From: an uncultured Hungatella sp.
GTDB taxonomy: Bacteria; Bacillota; Clostridia; Lachnospirales; Lachnospiraceae
NCBI GenBank assembly: GCA_910588325.1
Contig: CAJUPP010000010.1
Coordinates: 2,454-66,453 of the forward strand
Direction: 5' to 3'
DNA: 64,000 nt
Shown: one piece after another, positions 57,603 through 64,000 of the stretch
Layout: every line of letters begins with the position of its first letter
Position numbering within the stretch: the first letter of the stretch is position 1
Notes under the pieces: generated by a model
Seen by the model: only the letters and a program-made list of their open reading frames with translations
What the model was told of the DNA's origin: nothing
The model's database searches: none
Made by a program: the position numbers and the translations under genes

Positions 57603-58202
57603 ATGAAGAAAAAAATAATGCTAACAATCTTAGCAGCAGGCATGATTCTGGGAAATGCCATAACAAGTTACGCTATACCGCAAAGAATGGATGACGGCAC
57701 CCTGTTTGATGCCGACTATTATGCGGAAACGTACTATGATCTGATGGTCGCCTATGGACGGGATACCAAAAAACTGTATGAGCACTATGTAACTTGTGGA
57801 AAAGCAGAAGGACGTCAGATTCTGTCTTCTAAATTTGTATACCCCGATTTGCCCGCACCGGCTTTGGGCGACACCTATACCATAGATGAGCTTGTGTCCA
57901 TCTACCGCAACATCGTAGAGGCCAACGGCATAACCTGGGATCCAAGCCTTAAGGGAAACTGGGATTCTACCATCGGCCAGCACGACCTCTTCGAATGGTA
58001 CAATTATGATGACGACTATACCGGAACCGGCTGGGGAACCGGATTTCTGGATCCCCGGAATATTGAGCAAAGCGCATACAGCGATTTACTGAGTTTTGAA
58101 TTCGACGATGGAACCGGCCATCACACCACCCGCCGTTATTTTGAAGTATTAGGCTGGAGCGACAGTATGGGAATGTTTGAAATAGTCGCCTGGGGTGGCT
58201 GA
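57603..58202 (+). CDS. secreted protein of unknown function
   Basis: Signal peptide MKKKIMLTILAAGMILGNAITSYA, then an FDADYYAETYYDL....G.D...LYEHYVTCGKAEGR motif and a D/W/G-rich C-terminal half. RBS AAAAGGAGAGG. Confidence 0.6.
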   Translation: MKKKIMLTILAAGMILGNAITSYAIPQRMDDGTLFDADYYAETYYDLMVAYGRDTKKLYEHYVTCGKAEGRQILSSKFVYPDLPAPALGDTYTIDELVSIYRNIVEANGITWDPSLKGNWDSTIGQHDLFEWYNYDDDYTGTGWGTGFLDPRNIEQSAYSDLLSFEFDDGTGHHTTRRYFEVLGWSDSMGMFEIVAWGG

Positions 58203-58251
58203 AATTAAAAGTACTATGGTTGGCATTCCTGACGCAAACTATTTTAGCAAG

Positions 58252-58295
58252 CAAAAAGCCGGAAAGGTTTTCTGAATCAACCATCCGGCTTCTAT
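58252..58295. terminator. bidirectional terminator between convergent genes
   Basis: AGCCGGA-AA-GGTT...AACC-A-TCCGGCT. Followed by TTTTTGC on the minus strand and an AT-rich run on the plus strand. Confidence 0.5.
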
Positions 58296-58351
58296 AAATA
58301 ATTTCATCCAAATAATACTCAGGGAATCCTTATCTCTTATGCACCATCCTA

Positions 58352-59311
58352 TCATATTTCATCCGCCAAAAGCCTATCCACATCCAGAAGCCCCCACCCC
58401 TGCTGATTTCTCGGAAGCCCCAGATCCACTGCCCTCTCCCGAAGCCTCAGCTTCACATCCTTATTTGTCATATATGGATATTTTTCCAGCAAAAGAGCAA
58501 TAGCCCCCGCCACAATCGGTGTAGACATGGATGTTCCGCTTTTCACCGAATACTGCCGGATACTGTTGGAGCAGCTAATAATCCCTGCTCCAGGAGCAAT
58601 GATCTCCGGTTTGCAGATACAGGCTCCTGTAGGCCCCCGCCCGGAATAATCTACCATCCGATTTCCCATCACATTCACTTCTTTATGATCGTCCGAGCAC
58701 CCTACGGTAATCACCTTTCGGCTGATTCCCGGCGTGGTCACGGTCATACGCCCCGGCCCGTTGTTTCCTGCTGCCACCACCATCACCAGACCGTCATCCC
58801 AGGCCGCATCCACCCCTCTGACCAACGCGGAATTCTCTGACATGTTCCTTCTGGAATAGGAACCAACGGAAATATTTACAATCCGGATTCCCAGCCTCTC
58901 TTTCTGTTCCCTGATCCACCTAAGCCCTGCCAGTACATCCGATGCAAATCCATTCCCCTTTGCATCCAGCACTTTTACAGAAATGATATTGCATCCCGGG
59001 GCCATACCGCAGTATCTTCCGTCCGATGCCTCCCCGCTTCCCCCAATAATCGCCGAGATATGGGTGCCATGGCCATTGTCGTCATAAGGCATGTTCCGTC
59101 TGCGAAGCACATCATAAAAAGCAGTAATTCTATTATCAAAATCCCCATGAGGATATATTCCTGTATCTAAAATAGCCACTCCAATCCCCTGTCCGGTATA
59201 CCCCTGGGAAGAAGGGCCATTGCAGTGAATAAACTGTTTTGCCTGATTCAATTTTGGTACCCTGAAATATTTCTTATATTTAGGATATTCAGCGCCGGCA
59301 CAAACTGCCAT
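58352..59311 (-). CDS. S8 family (subtilisin-like) serine peptidase without signal peptide
   Basis: Catalytic triad motifs VAILDTG (Asp), DDNGHGTH (His) and SGTSMSTP (Ser). 319 aa with no hydrophobic N-terminus. Starts 7 nt after the response-regulator stop. Confidence 0.85.
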   Translation of the reverse strand: MAVCAGAEYPKYKKYFRVPKLNQAKQFIHCNGPSSQGYTGQGIGVAILDTGIYPHGDFDNRITAFYDVLRRRNMPYDDNGHGTHISAIIGGSGEASDGRYCGMAPGCNIISVKVLDAKGNGFASDVLAGLRWIREQKERLGIRIVNISVGSYSRRNMSENSALVRGVDAAWDDGLVMVVAAGNNGPGRMTVTTPGISRKVITVGCSDDHKEVNVMGNRMVDYSGRGPTGACICKPEIIAPGAGIISCSNSIRQYSVKSGTSMSTPIVAGAIALLLEKYPYMTNKDVKLRLRERAVDLGLPRNQQGWGLLDVDRLLADEI

Positions 59312-59318
59312 TCATCTG

Positions 59319-60668
59319 CTACAATTCCCGTTCTGTTTTTCCATGTACCATTGCCACATAAGCGCTGGGTGTCATGCCTGTCTGCTTGCGGAACAATTGG
59401 GAAAAATACTGGGGATTATTGCCGCAGCCCACCATTTTCGCCACATTCTGAATTTTTTCCGGATCGCTGGCTGCCAGGTACTCCTTCGCCTTCCGAATTC
59501 TCACAGAAGTCAGATAAGTGGAAAACTTCACCCCTGTTTCCTTCTGAAATTTCCGGCTGACGTAATCCGTATTCATAAACAGTTTCTGCTCTGATATAAA
59601 CTTCAGATTCAGGCTGGGACTGCTGATATTTTGTTCCACATATTCGAAAATCTGTCCAACCATACCGCTGGTAGTGTCCATATTTTTCTGTTTTTCCAAA
59701 AAAGATTCCAAATACCGGATAATAATTTCCTTCACCCTGGAAAGCTCCGTTTCCTGCTCCAAAACATTTAGAAAATTTGTCAGTTCCGCTGTAGACACCT
59801 GCAGGTTATTTAAGGCGATTTTCAAAAACAGGCTGCTGGAAATCTGCTTTAAAAACTTCAAATCCTGAATCTCATCCAGAAGTCCTGTCAACTGATTTAG
59901 CTTCCCTGAATCTCCGCCCATGATAGAAGAAGACAGCTGTTCCAGCTCTTCCAAAATAACATTATAATTACAGCAGGAAATCACATGAAAGCTGTGAATA
60001 TAATAAATAATGCTGTAACGGCGCACCTTGTCCAGAATCATCGGAAGAAGACTGCAAAGATTTCTGTGAGAAACCAGTTCCACCTGCGGCCTCACCGGCT
60101 GTCCCGGCATCTCCACGGATATGAGAAACTTTAAAAAATTGTCATACTTTACGGCACAGTCTCTGAAAAATAAAATCAGAGTATTCCTCGTATAAATCCC
60201 ATGGATGATCACATAAGGCATCTTTCGTGTACAATATTCAGAAAGGCAGGATAAGTAAGTCTCCAGATACGGCATGGAATACTTCTGATGACAGTCTTTC
60301 GCCACATCCCGTATGCTTTCCAGAATCTGGGACTCATGACAAGGCTTTAGCAGATAGTGCTTTACTCCATACTTCATGGCTTTCTTCGCATATTCAAATT
60401 CACCGTATCCGGATAAAAGAATAAACTGGGGCGGGGAATCAATCTCCGAAGTCTTCTCGATCAGTTCCATCGCGTCCATACCAGGCATACGGATATCTGT
60501 CAGAACAATATCCGGAGACTCGTCCAGAATCATATCATAAGCCTCCAGCCCGTTTTTGCACAATCCCACAAGTTCAATATCGTGCTGTTTCCAGTCAATA
60601 ATCGTAGAAATCGTCTCCCGAATCATACGTTCATCATCTGCAATAATCAACTTCAACATAATGTTCAC
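59319..60668 (-). CDS. two-component response regulator with AraC-type output domain (YesN-like)
   Basis: Receiver IIADDE...DIVLTDIRMPGMD and a C-terminal AraC HTH (YFSQLFRKQTGMTPSAY). ATGA overlap with the kinase gene. Confidence 0.85.
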   Translation of the reverse strand: MNIMLKLIIADDERMIRETISTIIDWKQHDIELVGLCKNGLEAYDMILDESPDIVLTDIRMPGMDAMELIEKTSEIDSPPQFILLSGYGEFEYAKKAMKYGVKHYLLKPCHESQILESIRDVAKDCHQKYSMPYLETYLSCLSEYCTRKMPYVIIHGIYTRNTLILFFRDCAVKYDNFLKFLISVEMPGQPVRPQVELVSHRNLCSLLPMILDKVRRYSIIYYIHSFHVISCCNYNVILEELEQLSSSIMGGDSGKLNQLTGLLDEIQDLKFLKQISSSLFLKIALNNLQVSTAELTNFLNVLEQETELSRVKEIIIRYLESFLEKQKNMDTTSGMVGQIFEYVEQNISSPSLNLKFISEQKLFMNTDYVSRKFQKETGVKFSTYLTSVRIRKAKEYLAASDPEKIQNVAKMVGCGNNPQYFSQLFRKQTGMTPSAYVAMVHGKTEREL

Positions 60669-62509
60669 CCCTTTTCAAAGGTAATAGGAATATGAATCGC
60701 CGCCACGGCAAAACCATCCTTATTGTACAATGTCAGACCATACTCGGTCCCAAATAAAAGTTTAATCCTCTGATTAATATTAAGCAGGCCTATGCCAAGT
60801 CCCTGGGCATTCTGTTTTGACTGCTCTAACTTTTCCAGAAGATTTGCTTCAAACTGGGAACCGTCATTTTTAACCATGATATACAGCGTATTGTCCGGCT
60901 CCCTTGAGACAGCGATAATGACAGAGCACTGATCCGGAAACCGTTCCAGCCCATATTTGATGGCATTCTCCACAAATGGCTGAATGCTGAAAGGCGGAAG
61001 CATAACCTCTGCCAGCTCAGAGTCCAAAACTCCATCCATCCAGGAATCCGGACTCTCACAGGGATTCCATGCAAGATCCGTACCGGATTTTTCCGGAACA
61101 GCCCCATTGATCTCAAACGAATACACCAGCCGCTCTTCATAGCGGATTTTCTGAATCGCAAGATAACGCCGCACCAGTTCCATCTCTTCCTTTAAAGGAA
61201 CCAGGGAACTTTTCTGGCTTAGGGAAGAACGCAGCAGGGTTCCCAGGGCCTCCACCATAATAGAGATTTCTTCATTTCCCGATGCTTTTGCCCGCCAGTT
61301 AATAGAGTCCAGAGTATTGTAAAGAAAATGAGGATTGATCTGGGCCTCCAAAGATTTTAACTGCATGGTCTTCATCTCCAGATTCAGCTTATAATCATTG
61401 GTGATAAGTGTATTGACCTTCTGAGCCATGCTGTCAAAATACTGATGCATCAGGCCGATTTCATCCTTTCTCTGGGAGTAATCATAGGGAACCTGAATAA
61501 TGTCCGTATTGTCCCCGTGGAAAGAAGCCATTTTCTGACACAAAACTCCGATATGCGCCGTCAGCTTGCGGATGGAAAGATGGATCAGAAAAATTGTCAG
61601 AATCAGTCCCAGGAGAAACACCGCCAAATAAGCAAACACCAGAATTTTCTGGTAACTTTCCATAGCATCATAGGGAATCAACTGAAAATATTCCCAATCC
61701 GGCCCTTCCAGGCGCCCCCGAAGTGCAAAATAGAAATGTCCTTCTGCAGAAATAATCCCATATTTTCCGGAAATTCCTCTCAATTCAGGTAAAACCGTCC
61801 TCTCCAGTTTGGGAGAGGAATAGATAATCTGGTCATCCTGAGAAAAAATCCAGTAAATGTTCTGGAAATCTCTGCTTTCCTTCGTAATCTCATCCAACAG
61901 CACATCCATATCGATGGCAATAGCCAATGTTCCCATATCATAAAGCTCCATATGTTCAATCTTTCGAATCTGACGAGCCAGGAACAGATAGCTGTTATCC
62001 ACATATCGGGAAAACCATACGGGTGCCCCTTTGGCTTTTCGAGCTGCGTGGTTGATTTCCTCTATCATATCCGTCGAAAGCTTCTCATATCCATACCCAT
62101 ATGTGTAAGTGGTAAAACGCGGATTGATAATGGCAGAATATGTAAGATAAGGCTTCCTGTACTGCTGATAACAAGTCTGCTGAACCTTATAAATTTTTTC
62201 ATAAGATGATTCCAAATGGTAATCCAGATCCTGATGAATAATATCCAGGTGCCTCTGAATCGTACTGTCCGAACGAAGCACATCCGTAAACTGGACGACG
62301 GTATCCAGATGACTGTTCAACAGATAGGTGATTAAATAAGAAGAACTGGACATGGATTGATACAGCATCTCCTCATAGCGCAGCTTAATAAAATGGATGC
62401 TGAATATGTTCAGACTGCCAATGGTTGCAATAATAATTACGCTTACAATGGTAACCAGTTTTTTCTCTAAAGACATTTGATTAAATAAATTATGTATTAT
62501 ACTTTTCAT
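60665..62509 (-). CDS. sensor histidine kinase (YesM/LytS-type)
   Basis: Two TMs around a ~260-aa extracytoplasmic domain, HAMP, the QINPHFLYNT histidine box and a HATPase domain. Confidence 0.85.
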   Translation of the reverse strand: MKSIIHNLFNQMSLEKKLVTIVSVIIIATIGSLNIFSIHFIKLRYEEMLYQSMSSSSYLITYLLNSHLDTVVQFTDVLRSDSTIQRHLDIIHQDLDYHLESSYEKIYKVQQTCYQQYRKPYLTYSAIINPRFTTYTYGYGYEKLSTDMIEEINHAARKAKGAPVWFSRYVDNSYLFLARQIRKIEHMELYDMGTLAIAIDMDVLLDEITKESRDFQNIYWIFSQDDQIIYSSPKLERTVLPELRGISGKYGIISAEGHFYFALRGRLEGPDWEYFQLIPYDAMESYQKILVFAYLAVFLLGLILTIFLIHLSIRKLTAHIGVLCQKMASFHGDNTDIIQVPYDYSQRKDEIGLMHQYFDSMAQKVNTLITNDYKLNLEMKTMQLKSLEAQINPHFLYNTLDSINWRAKASGNEEISIMVEALGTLLRSSLSQKSSLVPLKEEMELVRRYLAIQKIRYEERLVYSFEINGAVPEKSGTDLAWNPCESPDSWMDGVLDSELAEVMLPPFSIQPFVENAIKYGLERFPDQCSVIIAVSREPDNTLYIMVKNDGSQFEANLLEKLEQSKQNAQGLGIGLLNINQRIKLLFGTEYGLTLYNKDGFAVAAIHIPITFEKG

Positions 62510-62637
62510 AAATTTATTATATCAAAAAGATATACAGGAAAAAAGTAGGTTTTGTTGAAAAAGACCACAGTATTTTTGATTTCATGTAAATAGAAATTTA
62601 TTTATAATGATACTATCAAAAAAGGAGGATATTATTT

Positions 62638-64000
62638 ATGAAAAAAAGAACATTCGCACTAAGTTTGTCAGCCGTCATGGCGTTGAGCCTGGTTGGATGC
62701 AGCAGCACCCCCACAGAAACCACTGCTCAGCAGACAGAAGCAACCACTGCCGGTGCAGCATCCGAATCCACAAAGGCAACCCCCCCGTCAGAGGCCCAGG
62801 AACAGAAAGACATCAAGCTTACCATAGGCTGGTGGGGAAATCAGGTGAGAAATGATCGGACACAGGAAGTTCTGGAAATGTATTCCGCAGCCAATCCGGG
62901 GGTTTCCTTTGATTCTCAGCCTGCCCAGTATGCTGATTACTGGACAAAGCTTGCCACCGCTGCAGCAGGAAATGCACTTCCTGATGTCCTTCAGATGAAT
63001 TACTCTTCTTATCTGGAACAATATGTAGACAATAATCTTCTGGAAGATTTAGGGCCTTATGTGGAACAGGGGATCTTAGACATATCATCTATTGACCAGT
63101 CGATCCTGGATTCCGGTTCTGTAGACGGGAAATTATACGCCATCTGCTGCGGTGTTAACGTCCCTGCCCTAATATACAATAAGAGCCTGACAGACGAGCT
63201 GGGAATCGAAGTAAAGAACAATATGACAATCGACGAATTTATGGATGTCTGCCGTCAGGTAAACGAAAAATCCGGTGTAAAGACAGATTTGGCCTTCGGA
63301 AATGCAGAGAGCATGATGACCTATGTATTGCGCGGAGAAGGCATCCAGGATATGTTCGGTGAAAACGGCTTCTCCGTTGAAGAAGATGCCTTTGTACCAT
63401 TCTTCAAAATATATGAAACAGGCTACAAAGAAGGCTGGATGCTGAATGCGGGAATCTATGCGGAATTGACAGAAAACTCTATCGAACAGTGCCCTATGGT
63501 ATATTTCTCCACACCGGAAACCCAGTCCTGGTGCGCATGCTACTGGTCCAATCAGCTGACCGCTATGCAAAATGCGGCTCCCGAAGGCATGGTATTGGAG
63601 TACAGTACCTGGCCGGCGTCTGATCCTTCCAAAGCAGACTTCTTACATCCAAGTATGTTCTTCTCCGTAGCTGCCGGTTCCGCCGAGAAAGAAGAGGCCG
63701 TAAAAGTATTGGATTATCTGATTAATGATCTGGACTGCAATCAGGTTCTTTTGGCAGAACGCGGGGTTCCAGCAACTACTGCGGTTGCAGATGCCATTTC
63801 TGCAAGTCTTCCGGAAGAAAGCCAGCGAGAAATCACTTTCATCAATGATGTGGTAACTCCCAACTCCTCTACCATCAGTCCATGCGCCCCTGCAGGTTCC
63901 AATGAGGTATTCTCCAAAGCAGACGACCTGGTAGAACAAATTCTGTACGGTGTGAAAAATGCAGAAGAAGCATCGGCAGAATTATTTGCAGAAGGCAACA
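62638..64000 (+). CDS. extracellular solute-binding lipoprotein (sugar ABC importer), 3'-truncated by the window end
   Basis: Not in the supplied ORF track because no stop is reached. I translated it by hand: ATG at 62638, 8 nt after AAAGGAGGA; MKKRTFALSLSAVMALSLVGC lipobox; 454 stop-free codons to position 63999; SBP family-1-like sequence (LTIGWWGNQ.R...). Confidence 0.85.
   Translation, partial: MKKRTFALSLSAVMALSLVGCSSTPTETTAQQTEATTAGAASESTKATPPSEAQEQKDIKLTIGWWGNQVRNDRTQEVLEMYSAANPGVSFDSQPAQYADYWTKLATAAAGNALPDVLQMNYSSYLEQYVDNNLLEDLGPYVEQGILDISSIDQSILDSGSVDGKLYAICCGVNVPALIYNKSLTDELGIEVKNNMTIDEFMDVCRQVNEKSGVKTDLAFGNAESMMTYVLRGEGIQDMFGENGFSVEEDAFVPFFKIYETGYKEGWMLNAGIYAELTENSIEQCPMVYFSTPETQSWCACYWSNQLTAMQNAAPEGMVLEYSTWPASDPSKADFLHPSMFFSVAAGSAEKEEAVKVLDYLINDLDCNQVLLAERGVPATTAVADAISASLPEESQREITFINDVVTPNSSTISPCAPAGSNEVFSKADDLVEQILYGVKNAEEASAELFAEGN

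Noticed and set aside
1-64000. Known defence systems, toxin-antitoxin pairs, prophage or integrative elements, secondary-metabolite clusters.
   Set aside because: No nuclease/helicase/methylase, reverse transcriptase, Cas, phage structural, recombinase, NRPS/PKS or RiPP-type ORFs were recognisable on either strand. Remote homologues could still be missed without profile searches.

Overview
64-kb chromosomal segment of a medium-GC Firmicute. Gene content (rny, recX-recA, a spoIIM-like gene, YesM/YesN-type sugar sensors, choline-binding-type cell-wall repeats) suggests a gut Clostridia/Lachnospiraceae-like anaerobe; this is inference only. I count about 50 protein-coding genes, all but four on the minus strand, plus one tRNA-Arg(CCG) and one decayed gene. 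There is no rRNA, no CRISPR array and no intact mobile element. Housekeeping blocks (apt; ligA-metA; rluF; queA; NUDIX; rny, recX-recA; aspS-hisS; hemZ-MBL-relA) alternate with five accessory blocks. (i) A divergent TetR gene next to a translationally coupled operon of an MMPL exporter, an 1100-aa GLUG-repeat surface protein and a mini-HTH ORF that looks like a transposase N-terminus. (ii) A ~20-kb carbohydrate locus (14.9-35.2 kb): GH3, two Gfo/Idh/MocA oxidoreductases, GntR, two ATPase-less ABC importers flanking a GH2, and a four-gene sensor module (AraC-HTH, anchored SBP, histidine kinase, AraC-type response regulator). (iii) A divergent GH28/GH105 pectin pair wedged between hemZ and hisS, leaving hisS-aspS without room for a T-box leader. 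(iv) A decayed HD-domain dNTPase-like gene, an Rrf2-IMPase pair and an SDR plus 647-aa flavoprotein operon of unknown substrate. (v) A second YesM/YesN-type two-component system that ends in a signal-peptide-less S8 protease, with a divergent SBP gene that runs off the window end and is missing from the supplied ORF track. I found no recognisable defence system, toxin-antitoxin pair, prophage or biosynthetic cluster. The best candidates for undescribed biology are the MMPL-GLUG operon, the oxidoreductase-rich glycoside locus, the SDR-flavoprotein pair and the TCS-protease operon. All functional calls come from motif and family recognition by eye; no database search was possible.
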